Shown: piece by piece, positions 9,491-19,432 of the stretch
Numbering within the stretch: position 1 is the first letter of the stretch
Layout: every line of letters starts with the position of its first letter
Source: Candidatus Bathyarchaeota archaeon
GTDB taxonomy: Archaea; Thermoproteota; Bathyarchaeia; Hecatellales; Hecatellaceae
NCBI GenBank assembly: GCA_052246995.1
Contig: JBQPWD010000002.1
Location: 196,323 to 260,322 of the forward strand
Reading direction: 5' to 3'
DNA: 64,000 nt
Position numbers and translations under genes: made by a program
The notes under the pieces: generated by a model
The model's input: only the letters and a program-made list of their open reading frames with translations
What the model was told of the DNA's origin: nothing
The model's database searches: none

Positions 9491-10873
9491 TTGGACATTC
9501 ATCTTAAAGTTGAGGATAGAGTTAAAATTCTAAAAGAAGTGGAAGAATATAAGCGCATGTATGAGAAGGAGCTTTCGCCTCTTGATGAAATTAAGCTAAA
9601 AGACCCTATTACGTTTATTTCTGTTGGAGGGGGAGAACTTGGAGACCTTGTTTTAACTGCAGCAAGAAGATGCTTAGGCGGGGTTGGTGGAGGAATAAAA
9701 ACGGTAGTTTTTGATAGGTATAAAGGTTTTCCAGCTCAAGACATGGCAGACTACTATGAATGTTTTGATATGCTTAATGGCGACCTTCTTGAGAAGAACA
9801 TAAAAAAGTATATTCCAAACCCAAAACATCCTCACGCGGTATATTTAGAAATTGAAAGGGTAGACACTTTCAGGGTTTACAAGCTTGGTGTTGAAAGAGG
9901 CTACAAAGTTATGTCAACCCCCTACGGACCTTTAGTCTGTATGGACAGACACCTCACAAAGCTTATGTTTGACAGGTTAAAGGTTCCAAGAGTTGATTGG
10001 GGTTACGCGGAATCTGAAGAAGAAGTTAAAAAAGTTGCAAAAGATTTTGGGTTTCCTGTTATAGTAAAACCTGTCATGACTTCAAGTGGACATGGAACAA
10101 CAATAGTAAAAAACATGGATGACTTAGAAAAAGCCTACACCTACGCTAGGGAACATGCTAGAGGTTTTGGTGAACAAGTAACTATTGAAAGGTTCTTAGA
10201 TGACTTGAAAGAAAGAGGAACAGAAATTACGCAGCTTGCGGTCAGGCATTTTGATGAAAACGGTAAAATTGTTACAAGTTTACTACCACCAGTTGAACAT
10301 AGAAGACCTGGAGCAACCTACCATGAAAGCTGGCTTCCGGCAACAATTTCTGATGATGTTAAAAGGAAGTGTGGAGAATACGCTAAGATTATTGCCGAGT
10401 TTATTGGAGGTTTAGGTGTTTTTGCTGTTGAACAGTTTGTTGTAGATGAAAGGGTTTACAACAATGAGGTTGCAAATAGGCCTCATGATACTGGAATGAT
10501 TACACGTTGGATGCTAAACATGGATGAAGGTGCTCTTCACCTATATTCAACTCTTGGTTTAAAGATTAATCTTGAAGACTTAGATTTTTGTAGAAAAGAC
10601 GTTTACGGAGTTGCACATGTAATTCTAGCACCAGATTTTAATGAAAAAGGTGAGGTTGAAGTTAAAGGTTGGAGTTTAAACAGTGTTAAAGATTTTATGA
10701 AGCGTAAGGGTTACCATGGAGATTTATGGTATTTTGGTAAACCTAAAGCGTATTCTCATAGAAGAATGGGTTTAGCGGTAGGTTTTCATCAAAATCTTGA
10801 AAAAGCAAGAATGGTAGCCGAAGATGTAGCGCATTATGCGGAGAAAAACATTTTTTACAACATGATTAAATAA
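9491..10873 (+). CDS. purT: Formate-dependent GAR transformylase PurT (ATP-grasp)
   Basis: GGGELG, EIE, VKPVMTSSGHG, RPHDTG, GKP...RRMG. Confidence 0.88.
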   Translation: MDIHLKVEDRVKILKEVEEYKRMYEKELSPLDEIKLKDPITFISVGGGELGDLVLTAARRCLGGVGGGIKTVVFDRYKGFPAQDMADYYECFDMLNGDLLEKNIKKYIPNPKHPHAVYLEIERVDTFRVYKLGVERGYKVMSTPYGPLVCMDRHLTKLMFDRLKVPRVDWGYAESEEEVKKVAKDFGFPVIVKPVMTSSGHGTTIVKNMDDLEKAYTYAREHARGFGEQVTIERFLDDLKERGTEITQLAVRHFDENGKIVTSLLPPVEHRRPGATYHESWLPATISDDVKRKCGEYAKIIAEFIGGLGVFAVEQFVVDERVYNNEVANRPHDTGMITRWMLNMDEGALHLYSTLGLKINLEDLDFCRKDVYGVAHVILAPDFNEKGEVEVKGWSLNSVKDFMKRKGYHGDLWYFGKPKAYSHRRMGLAVGFHQNLEKARMVAEDVAHYAEKNIFYNMIK

Positions 10874-10918
10874 CCTTGAACTTGTTACCGCCTAAATCTA
10901 AGTTAGGCTTGACCTCTA

Positions 10919-11206
10919 TTGGAGAGTTATATTATAAGAATTGTTATAATGAATATGAAAACTGGTACAACGTTAGCTTACGATATCCAAGTTTCTCAAA
11001 CTAGTGAAGGTTACTATGAGGCTAAACTACCACACCACCTTTACCATAGGATTAAAGTTCATTTTGGCAAAGGTCCTTTTACAACAGAGTTTACAGTAAT
11101 ACATGGACATTTTCTACTTCACGGGTATGTAAAAACAGATAGACGTATACAAATACCAGTAATATTTGAAGAAGAGATGGAAACCCCTAAAACAAAAAGT
11201 TCATAA
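10919..11206 (+). CDS. Hypothetical protein (95 aa, His-rich, predicted beta-rich)
   Basis: Isolated non-overlapping ORF; no family recognised. Confidence 0.6.
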   Translation: MESYIIRIVIMNMKTGTTLAYDIQVSQTSEGYYEAKLPHHLYHRIKVHFGKGPFTTEFTVIHGHFLLHGYVKTDRRIQIPVIFEEEMETPKTKSS

Positions 11207-11228
11207 GATATGCTGTTAAAATAAGCTT

Positions 11229-11310
11229 TGGTTTTGATGATGAGTTTGCCGAGTTCAGAATGCAAAATGAAGTAAACAGCAAATTAAAAGGGGTCCTCTC
11301 TGAAAAACCA
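11229..11310 (+). ncRNA. C/D-box methylation guide sRNA
   Basis: Terminal stem TGGTTTT/AAAACCA; C box ATGATGA 11237-11243; D' CAGA 11256-11259; C' ATGAAG 11267-11272; D CTGA 11300-11303; D' guide GTTTGCCGAGTT complementary to the conserved 23S segment AACUCGGCAAA. Confidence 0.8.
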
Positions 11311-11636
11311 TTTAAAAATTAGGTATACTTCAAAAAATTAAATGAGTAAATACGCATAGCTACAAGCCGTTTTTACATCAACTTATATGGCAATATTCTT
11401 CTCCATGTTTATAGAAATCACGTAAACTGTACAACCCATAAGCTTAACCCTCGCATTAGCCGTGACAGCCACTATTTAAAAAGTCTTACAAATATGTAAC
11501 AGGACAGAAAATGGAATAGTATTGTTATCCACTAAAGAAAATACCTTGCAATTTGCCTATCACAATCGTAAACGTCAACCTTCAAGATGAATCAAAATAT
11601 AGATAACACAGTTACGGATTTAAACAATTTGTTTGA

Positions 11637-11740
11637 CGCCGGAGGTGGGATTTGAACCCACGGGGGCCTTGAAGGCCCACGGGCTCACGGGTTTTAAACT
11701 AACTCCAGGCCCGCGCCCTTCCTGGCTAGGCGACTCCGGC
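11637..11740 (-). tRNA. tRNA-Ser(GGA) with a 17-nt intron at 37/38 (11686-11702)
   Basis: Acceptor stem GCCGGAG/CTCCGGC, discriminator G, anticodon stem CGGGC/GCCCG around CT-GGA-G^intron^A, long variable arm GGGCC-TTCAA-GGCCC, T arm GTGGG-TTCAAAT-CCCAC; CCA not encoded. Confidence 0.95.
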
Positions 11741-12031
11741 TCCGATATGTCTAAGCTTAAACATATTTTTATTAGCCTGTCTAAATTTGGATGTAGGTGT
11801 GTGCAGATATAAGTTTATCTTTGGAGTTGTTGAGCTACTTGATGGTTCTTTTTTAGAAATGTTTAAGCTGCCGCCACGTTACTGGCTGGTGTTTGCGGGA
11901 TTTGTGAAAAATTGCTTCTAAGGTTTTCGGGGTTTAAACTTAATTCTACCTATCAGTTTACCAGTTTTAACTGGTATTGATTTTAAGTAAGGATTCATCT
12001 ATCTTAATATCATTAAAAAGGTGAGAAGGAT

Positions 12032-12220
12032 TTGAAATTGAGAAGTGAATACTTTATCTTAGGCTTCACGTTTCTTTTAATCGGAGAAATAGTTGCAGTC
12101 ATAGGATACCTAAAAATCAGGGAATATGAAAACGTATTGGCTTTTTTCATGTTCTCAACCAGCATAATTCTTTCAATAGTAGGATTAATCCTCATCAGGT
12201 ATGGACTCAAGTGGAAATAA
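12032..12220 (+). CDS. Small two-TM membrane protein
   Basis: 62 aa with two hydrophobic segments; AGGTGA SD upstream of TTG. Confidence 0.55.
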   Translation: MKLRSEYFILGFTFLLIGEIVAVIGYLKIREYENVLAFFMFSTSIILSIVGLILIRYGLKWK

Positions 12221-12496
12221 TAGGTTAAACAGATTGTTGTTGAAAAAACATGATAAAAAATGATAAGGTTTCGAGGTTTAGGAGTATAATCTTAAATTAT
12301 ATGTTTTTTAACTTTTTCTTCCAAGTTAAAAAAGACCGACAGGTAGAGATGCTAGAATAAGAAACAGTACGACTTTTTATGGTATAAAGCTACGTGTACT
12401 TAACGTTGAAAAGATTTTACATTTAAAGATGCTTAAAATTTTTCTAATCAAGTAAAAAAAAGGTTTTCTAAAAGTTTTGGGAGAAGAGATACTTAC

Positions 12497-13507
12497 TTAC
12501 CATGTTTTTGGATATGTTTGTGGCGGCATTATCACCCTTTCCGTTTTTATTGCTAACCCATAATCTTTTTCCAATATCTCCCCTGTTGTCATTTTAGCTT
12601 TTCCTAATGCTACTAACTCTCCCTTTAAGGTTAGAATTGCAACAAGCTCGCCCTGTTTAATGTTTGAACTAAGCTTAACTATTCCAGGAATGGCTACATG
12701 TGCTCCATGACATATGGCATCTACAGCCGAATCTTTAACATAAACTTTTGGTATAAGTTCAATGGATGTTTCAACGGGAAGTATAAGTCTTCTTAAGGAT
12801 TCTTCACCTCCACTTTCTTTCCAGGTTGCATAGGCATCAGCCAAATCTTGAAGTTTAACGATGTTTCCATCTTCAGTGTAAGGTCCTGCACGAATTCTTC
12901 TAAGCTCGGCCATATGAGCACCACAACCTAAAACCTCGCCAATATCATGAACTATCTTTCTAATGTACGTTCCAGATTGACACCCAAACTTAAAGAGAAC
13001 ATTCCTACCTTCAACCTCAAGAACCTTACTGTAGTATACACTTCTTTTTCTAAGTCTACGTTTAACCGAAGCTCTCACCGGAGGTCTTTGGTAGATTTCA
13101 CCAACAAACTCATTAAAAACCTCAACAATTCTTTCACAATTAACGTCTCCATGAAGCTTCATAACACCAACGTATTCCTTTCCGCCAGCTAAAACAACCT
13201 GCAAAGTCTTAGTTGCATCTTCAAGCGCTATAGGTAAGACACCGGTCACGGCGGGATTTCCCTAACTCCTCAAAGTTTCAAGAGTCCCGCCGTGACCAGC
13301 ATGGGAAGCATTTAAAATCCTTTTAACCCACGCTGTAACCTCATGACTCGATGGACCGCTAGGTTTATCAAGGTTTATAAATCCATACCGCATATGCTGC
13401 TGTATAGAGCGTTGATTAGGAGGACATCCGTATTTTGGGTTTGTTTCAGCTTCCTCCCTTACAATAATTTCTCTTTTAATATTCCATGGAGGAATTATGT
13501 TCTTCAA
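12497..13507 (-). CDS. cbf5: H/ACA RNA-guided pseudouridine synthase Cbf5, two exons (13279-13507 and 12497-13257), 329 aa after splicing
   Basis: Exon 1 ends DKPSGPSSH...GHGGTL; exon 2 has PAVTGVLP, GTYIR, ELRRIRAG and a PUA domain; removing 21 nt restores GHGGTLDPAVTGVLP. Confidence 0.95.
13258..13278 (-). other. 21-nt bulge-helix-bulge mRNA intron in cbf5
   Basis: Exon stem GGTCACGGCGGGA/TCCCGCCGTGACC, central helix CTCT/AGGG, bulges TG^A and AA^A, intron stem AACT/AGTT; contains an in-frame TAG. Confidence 0.92.
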
Positions 13508-13511
13508 AACT

Positions 13512-13838
13512 TTAACCCTTACCTCCAGGTTCCACTATTTTTTCTTTTTCCTCCTTAACATCTTCAACAATCTTTGGATATTCTTCGGGAAAGGCTTTTC
13601 TTAATGCTTTAGCAACTTCTTTATCATCAGCACCCCTTTTAATGTTAATTTTCAAATCTAACGGTTCTAGATGGTCAACGTTTACCCTCCTTCTTTTAAC
13701 TCCTGTCAACTCCTTTGGTCCTGTTATTAAAACAAAATTTTTGTCTACAATATCAACCACAACACACTTTTTTCCTGCTTCTCTTCCAACCTTCTTAACA
13801 CAAACTCTACCTACATCAAAAAGTTGAGTTGCTGACAT
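13512..13838 (-). CDS. rpl14e: 50S ribosomal protein L14e
   Basis: [21 protein letters not shown]...GVKRRRVN; start taken at MSATQ after a GAGGTGA SD. Confidence 0.95.
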   Translation of the reverse strand: MSATQLFDVGRVCVKKVGREAGKKCVVVDIVDKNFVLITGPKELTGVKRRRVNVDHLEPLDLKINIKRGADDKEVAKALRKAFPEEYPKIVEDVKEEKEKIVEPGGKG

Positions 13839-14409
13839 CCACATCACCTCTAAATTTTACCCTAATATACTCTTTTAGAGCACCTGTAAGAACTTTTATA
13901 CTTGATTCAAATGGAAGAGGTCCGGTATTTAAAGCTAAGTCATATATCGTAAGGTCTTCTAAATCTATTCCATAGTATCTTTTAAAACGTTCTTTTTCAG
14001 CTTTTTCCCTTTCTAAAGTTACTTTTTTAGCCTCCTCATAAGACATGTTATCTCTTTGAGCAATACGCCTAAACCTAACATCATCCGAAGCATAAAGATA
14101 AATTTTTACATCCGCCAATTCTCCAACCATCCATGCTGAAAGTAAACCATCAATTACAACCGAACCTTTCCGAGATTCCTCCTTAACTCGTGAATCAATT
14201 ATTGTATCAATTTCCACAGTTTTTCCAGCCATAGATGTAAGGTCTAGAAGACTTAAACCTTTTTCCTCAGCAATTTTACGAAACATCTCACCAGCAGAGA
14301 GATGTTTTAAATTAAAAATTTTTGCTAAGGCTTTGGCATAAGTTGATTTTCCAGTACCATGAAGACCTCCAACTGTTATAACAAGGCCTTCACGCTTCTC
14401 AATTACCAT
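13816..14409 (-). CDS. cmk: Cytidylate kinase (archaeal type)
   Basis: [11 protein letters not shown]-loop, SAGEMFR, RYYGID; conserved position before rpl14e-cbf5. Confidence 0.9.
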   Translation of the reverse strand: MVIEKREGLVITVGGLHGTGKSTYAKALAKIFNLKHLSAGEMFRKIAEEKGLSLLDLTSMAGKTVEIDTIIDSRVKEESRKGSVVIDGLLSAWMVGELADVKIYLYASDDVRFRRIAQRDNMSYEEAKKVTLEREKAEKERFKRYYGIDLEDLTIYDLALNTGPLPFESSIKVLTGALKEYIRVKFRGDVDVSNSTF

Positions 14410-14435
14410 ATTTCCACCTTAAAATAGGATGGAAC

Positions 14436-14921
14436 CTAGTATAGATTGGTTCTTAGTAAACGAGTTACCGGCAAGTTTAAAGCTAAAGCTGAGAAAAAAT
14501 ACCAAAGCCAAAACGTTATGTTTGTGCCATCTATTGTACCGTAGGGTATGGGGATTGGGGAGTATGCTACCACATGATTTCCAAAAAAACTATAAAGCAA
14601 CCAAAATAAAATCAGGAACGGAAGCATTGTTAAAAGGGAAACTTTTGATTGTTGACCCATAACACTACTAGATTGTCTCATAAGTCTAACCTGATCTCTT
14701 TGAAGCTTTGCTAAAGCCTTTTTATCTCCTCTTTTTCTAGCTTCGCTTAAACGCTTCCTAAGAATATCCATCTCCTCCCTAACCCTTCTAACCTCATCCA
14801 AATTAACAAATTTACGCTGAATGTAGGATGTTAACAATGCTAGCGTTAAAGCTAAACCTATAGTGAAAAATGTTGAGTAAGGTATTAACGTTAAAATGTT
14901 ATCAGTCAAATAAACCACCAA
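14436..14921 (-). CDS. DUF106 / EMC3-TMCO1 family membrane protein (Oxa1 superfamily)
   Basis: TM, coiled coil, TM, TM layout with WLWYFF motif; conserved position upstream of cmk. Confidence 0.85.
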   Translation of the reverse strand: MVVYLTDNILTLIPYSTFFTIGLALTLALLTSYIQRKFVNLDEVRRVREEMDILRKRLSEARKRGDKKALAKLQRDQVRLMRQSSSVMGQQSKVSLLTMLPFLILFWLLYSFFGNHVVAYSPIPIPYGTIDGTNITFWLWYFFSALALNLPVTRLLRTNLY

Positions 14922-15059
14922 AATTTAATGATAGTCTAAGGTTATAGAAGAAATCCTCATTTTGGTTAAATAAACATTTAGGGCTTAAATCAAATATAAA
15001 ACTTTAAATTAAACCTAATAATTGTTTTTGAATTAAAGCAACCAGTCAAGGGTTAAAAG

Positions 15060-15485
15060 ATGCCTGGAGAATTTAGTGCAAGAAAACTTAAGCTTAGAAG
15101 AAAAAAGTTTAGGTGGAGTGACCAAAATTATAAGAGAAAGATACTTAAACTGGATATTAAGGCAGATCCTCTTGAAGGCGCACCAATGGCTAGAGGGATT
15201 GTCCTTGAAAAAGTTGGTATAGAAAGCCGACAGCCAAACAGTGCTATAAGAAAATGTGTAAGAGTTCAGCTAATAAAAAATGGCAAAGTTGTTACCGCAT
15301 TTCTACCAGGAGATGGTGCCTTAAATTTTGTTGATGAGCATGATGAAGTCTTAATTTGCGGTATAGGTGGACCTGAAGGTAAAGCTTATGGGGATCTTCC
15401 AGGAGTAAGATATCAAGTTATTGCAGTAAATGGTGTGTCGTTAAAAGAGTTAATGTTAGGTAAAAAACAGAAGCCTGCAAGGTAA
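15060..15485 (+). CDS. rps12: 30S ribosomal protein S12 (uS12)
   Basis: [31 protein letters not shown]. Confidence 0.98.
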   Translation: MPGEFSARKLKLRRKKFRWSDQNYKRKILKLDIKADPLEGAPMARGIVLEKVGIESRQPNSAIRKCVRVQLIKNGKVVTAFLPGDGALNFVDEHDEVLICGIGGPEGKAYGDLPGVRYQVIAVNGVSLKELMLGKKQKPAR

Positions 15486-15523
15486 CTAGCTTAAAATTTG
15501 TTAAACCTAGTAGTTTCACGTTT

Positions 15524-16111
15524 TTACCTTGAAGCCAAGGCAATTCTTTCCTGTTCGTCTCTTTTCTGGATAGCGTGGCTTTTACTATCTCTTTGAGCTG
15601 CAAGGATTATTTCATCAGCTAAGCATTCATCTATTGTTTTAGTGCTTCCCCAGGCAGCTTTTCTTGCACCGTTGGTAATAAATCTTAAGGCCAAATCAAC
15701 CCTTCTTTGAGGTGAAACGTCAACAGCAACATGGTAAACTATCCCACCATAACTTATTCTTGTTGTATCTTCACATGGAGCAGCGTTCTCTATAGCTTTA
15801 ACAAGAACTTGAATAGGGTTTTCACCTGTTCTAAGATGGATAATTTCAAAGGCATTTTTAACAATTTGAATAGCTCTAGCTTTTTTACCGCCATTCTTTC
15901 CTGGGCGCATAAGATTGTTTACAAGCCTTTCAACAATGTTAACCTCGGATTTTTTAAAGCGTTGGTATTCATGCCTACCTCCAGAATGAGGTATAAAAAC
16001 TGGTTTAAGAGAAATATATCTAGCTAATCCTAAATCCTCTACTTTAACCTCTTCAAAATCCCATTTACCAAACAACTTTATCTTAGACGGAACAATTTCT
16101 TTTTTACTCAT
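15524..16111 (-). CDS. rps7: 30S ribosomal protein S7 (uS7)
   Basis: [34 protein letters not shown]-terminal ERIALASR. Confidence 0.98.
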   Translation of the reverse strand: MSKKEIVPSKIKLFGKWDFEEVKVEDLGLARYISLKPVFIPHSGGRHEYQRFKKSEVNIVERLVNNLMRPGKNGGKKARAIQIVKNAFEIIHLRTGENPIQVLVKAIENAAPCEDTTRISYGGIVYHVAVDVSPQRRVDLALRFITNGARKAAWGSTKTIDECLADEIILAAQRDSKSHAIQKRDEQERIALASR

Positions 16112-16319
16112 TCCTAACCCACAATAATCCTTAAGGCTTTAAGAATTTTATCATAGCGGTGGTTTATTAAGGTTTATATACCTAGAAAAGGCTTCTATTT
16201 CTCTCTCATAAGAGAAAAACTTTATATTTGGAAAACCAATTCATACATGAGTACATCCAACCAGTATTGTTTAGAGGAGGCATATCTACCTTAAAAAGTT
16301 AAATGGGGGTAAATGAAAG

Positions 16320-17618
16320 GTGTCTGAAAAACCACATCTTAACCTAGTTGTAGTTGGACATGTGGACCACGGTAAATCAACTTGTATGGGACACTTGCTC
16401 TTCCTACTGGGATATGTTGATGAACGTACGATTAAAGAGTATGCTGAGGCTTCTGAAAAGTTTGGCGCTGGAGACACATTTAAGTTTGCATGGGTTATGG
16501 ATAGGCTTAAAGAGGAACGTGAAAGAGGAGTAACAATAGATTTATCCTACTGGAAGTTTGAAACAAATAAACACTCATTCACAATCATTGATGCACCAGG
16601 ACATAGAGACTTCATTAAAAACATGATTACAGGGGCAAGTCAAGCTGACTGTGCACTACTAGTAGCTTCTGCACGTAAAGGAGAGTTTGAAGCAGGTATT
16701 GAAGCTGGAGGACAAACAAGAGAACACGCATTCCTCCTAAGAACATTGGGAGTAAACCAGCTTGTTGTAGCCATAAATAAAATGGATGATGCATCAGTAA
16801 ACTGGAGTCAAGCACGATATGAGGAATGTAAAAAACAATTAGAGTATCTTTTAAGAACCGTCGGGTTTAATGTTGCAAAGATAGCATTTGTACCTATTTC
16901 AGCATGGACGGGAGACAACCTTGTTAAACGTAGTGAAAAAATGCCATGGTATAAGGGGCCTACTATTGTTGAAGCTTTTGATACTTTTGAAATCCCACCA
17001 AAGCCACTAGATAAGCCTTTAAGAGTGCCAATTCAAGATGTTTATTCCATTACTGGTGTTGGAACAGTTCCTGTTGGAAGGGTTGAAACTGGTGTGCTTA
17101 AAGAGGGGGATAAGGTAGTTTTTGTTCCAGCTGGGAAGGAGGGTGAAGTCAAAAGTATAGAAATGCATCATGCAAGAATTCCTAAAGCAATTCCTGGAGA
17201 TAACATAGGCTTTAACGTGAGAGGTATAACAAAAAAAGACATTAAAAGGGGAGACGTTTGTGCTCATCCAACAAATCCACCAAAAGCTGTAAAAGAATTT
17301 ATAGGGCAAATTATTGTTGTCTACCATCCAACCTCAATCGCTCAAGGATATACCCCTGTTTTACATGCACACACAGCCCAAGTTGCATGTAAATTTGCAG
17401 AGCTTATCCAAAAGATCAATCCAAGAACAGGAGAAGTTATTGAGGACCATCCTTCATTCCTTAAAACTGGTGATAGTGCCCTTGTTAGACTTCAACCGGT
17501 AAGACCCATAGCTATCGAAACCTACGCTGAAATTCCTCAGCTTGGAAGGTTTGCCATAAGAGACATGGGTACAACAATAGCTGCAGGTGTTGTTAAAGAG
17601 ATAACCCAAACAGCTTAA
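16320..17618 (+). CDS. tuf: Translation elongation factor EF-1alpha
   Basis: [40 protein letters not shown]. Confidence 0.99.
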   Translation: MSEKPHLNLVVVGHVDHGKSTCMGHLLFLLGYVDERTIKEYAEASEKFGAGDTFKFAWVMDRLKEERERGVTIDLSYWKFETNKHSFTIIDAPGHRDFIKNMITGASQADCALLVASARKGEFEAGIEAGGQTREHAFLLRTLGVNQLVVAINKMDDASVNWSQARYEECKKQLEYLLRTVGFNVAKIAFVPISAWTGDNLVKRSEKMPWYKGPTIVEAFDTFEIPPKPLDKPLRVPIQDVYSITGVGTVPVGRVETGVLKEGDKVVFVPAGKEGEVKSIEMHHARIPKAIPGDNIGFNVRGITKKDIKRGDVCAHPTNPPKAVKEFIGQIIVVYHPTSIAQGYTPVLHAHTAQVACKFAELIQKINPRTGEVIEDHPSFLKTGDSALVRLQPVRPIAIETYAEIPQLGRFAIRDMGTTIAAGVVKEITQTA

Positions 17619-17629
17619 GTGAAGCTAAA

Positions 17630-17938
17630 TTGGTTCAAAAAGCACGCATACGTTTAACAAGCATAGACTATAAAAAGCTTGACGAGATCTGTAAAGAGAT
17701 AAAAGATATAGCTGAAAAGCTTGGGACAAAAGTTTCAGGCCCGATACCTTTACCCACAAGAAAAATACATGCTCCAACAAGAAAAAGCCCATGTGGTGAA
17801 GGAACTCATACTTGGGACCGCTGGGAGCTAAGGGTTCATAAGCGTTTAATAGAGGTTGATGCAAACGAAAGATTAATGCGTAGAATTATGCGTGTAAGAA
17901 TACCTGATGATGTTTTCATAGAAGTTAGCTTAGCATAG
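17630..17938 (+). CDS. rps10: 30S ribosomal protein S10 (uS10)
   Basis: GPIPLPT, RKSPCGEGT, WELRVHKRLI. Confidence 0.98.
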   Translation: MVQKARIRLTSIDYKKLDEICKEIKDIAEKLGTKVSGPIPLPTRKIHAPTRKSPCGEGTHTWDRWELRVHKRLIEVDANERLMRRIMRVRIPDDVFIEVSLA

Positions 17939-18298
17939 TGTAAGCTCTGATTACATGAAACCAAAAAGCTTTAAGCTTTTTTAAATTTAAACTTCTAAAA
18001 CCCTTTTTGCTATTGCTTTACCTAATCATTACTTATTGTTAAACTTTCACCAAAAATGTAAGTTCCAACAACCTTCTAAGAGTAAGTGTTGTGTTTAAAA
18101 AAACCTGGTTCTTCAAGTATTGTTATAAGTCCTTTTAAGAGTACATTTTTTTAGCTTCCCTACAGTTTACTCTGAGAATCATTTCATGTGATTAAAAATC
18201 AGCATCACAAAAAACTATGTTTAAACCCTATCAACTAAAACCTTTTTTAGGTTATGTTAACAACCTAAAGATTAGTTAAAGTTTTTCGGTGTAGGGTT

Positions 18299-18832
18299 AT
18301 GGTTAAAATTGAGGAGGGGCTTGTTCAAGTTTATACAGGTAACGGTAAAGGAAAGACAACTGCCTCTTTAGGTCAGGCTTTAAGAGCCATCGGTCATGGC
18401 TTGAAGGTTTACATGATTCAGTTTATGAAGGGTTGGAAGGGATATGGTGAGCTTGAAGCTGCTAAAAAACTTTACCCCAACCTTGTTATAGAACAGTTCG
18501 GCAGACCTGGACATATAAGTAAGGATAAGCCTGAGAAAATTGACTTTGAAAATGCTAAAAAAGCCCTTTTAAAAGCTAAAGAACTCATGTTTAGTGGAGA
18601 ATGGGATATTCTCATCTTAGATGAAATAAATCTTGCACTGGATTTTGGACTTATAAAGTTGGATGAAGTTTTAGATTTAATAAAAAGTAAACCAAAAAAT
18701 GTTGAGCTTATTCTTACCGGTAGAAATGCTCCAAAAGAAATTGTTGAGGCTGCAGATTTAGTTTCTGAAGTTGTTGAAGTTAAACATCCATACCAAAAAA
18801 ACGTTAAAGCGAGAATGGGAATAGAATATTGA
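18299..18832 (+). CDS. cobO: Cob(I)alamin adenosyltransferase CobA/CobO/BtuR
   Basis: YTGNGKGKTTA, QFMKG, ILDEI, LTGR, KHPY...G.EY. Confidence 0.93.
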   Translation: MVKIEEGLVQVYTGNGKGKTTASLGQALRAIGHGLKVYMIQFMKGWKGYGELEAAKKLYPNLVIEQFGRPGHISKDKPEKIDFENAKKALLKAKELMFSGEWDILILDEINLALDFGLIKLDEVLDLIKSKPKNVELILTGRNAPKEIVEAADLVSEVVEVKHPYQKNVKARMGIEY

Positions 18833-18992
18833 GTAGCGGAATTTTTAACTTTCAACTGAAGATTTTAAAAGAGTTTTTATAGAATTAACGTTTTTTAAGG
18901 TAGAAACACGAAAAACTTTTTAGCCTTAATTAATATTGTTAGGTAGTGGTAAAAGAAATCGTAATTTTGACTTGGTAAAAGGTGTGAAAAAC

Positions 18993-19427
18993 TTGAGTTT
19001 AGAGCTTCAACAAAGAAAAATTAGGGTTTTGATTGCTAAGCCTGGTCTTGATGGACATGATCGTGGAGCTAAAGTTATTGCAAGAGGTTTAAGAGATGCT
19101 GGAATGGAAGTCATCTATACTGGCATAAGACAGACACCTGAACAAATAGTGCAAACAGCTATCCAAGAAGATGTTGAAGTTATAGGGTTAAGCATTCTCT
19201 CAGGAGCACATGATGTGCTAATTCCGCAAATTATAGAGAAAATGAAGGAAAATAAGCTTGAACCAGGTAAAAACGTACTACTACTTGTTGGAGGAATAGT
19301 TCCTAAAGAGGATGTTGAAAAACTGAAGAAAGTGGGAGTTAACGAGGTTTTTGGCCCAGGAACACCAACCACAGAAATAGCAAAATATATAGAGGAAAAT
19401 GTTAAAAAATTGAGGAAGGAGGTTTAG
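18993..19427 (+). CDS. Methylmalonyl-CoA mutase small (cobalamin-binding) subunit
   Basis: [12 protein letters not shown] (DxHxxG), SILSGAH, GGIVP; start refined to the TTG after GGTG. Confidence 0.93.
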   Translation: MSLELQQRKIRVLIAKPGLDGHDRGAKVIARGLRDAGMEVIYTGIRQTPEQIVQTAIQEDVEVIGLSILSGAHDVLIPQIIEKMKENKLEPGKNVLLLVGGIVPKEDVEKLKKVGVNEVFGPGTPTTEIAKYIEENVKKLRKEV

Positions 19428-19432
19428 CCTGT

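Noticed and set aside
13262-13264. In-frame TAG in cbf5 as pyrrolysine or stop readthrough, or cbf5 as a pseudogene
   Set aside because: Readthrough would leave no catalytic Asp; the exact BHB geometry explains the interruption as an intron
17940-18290. Possible decayed gene on the minus strand after rps10
   Set aside because: Only short broken frames with no recognisable motif
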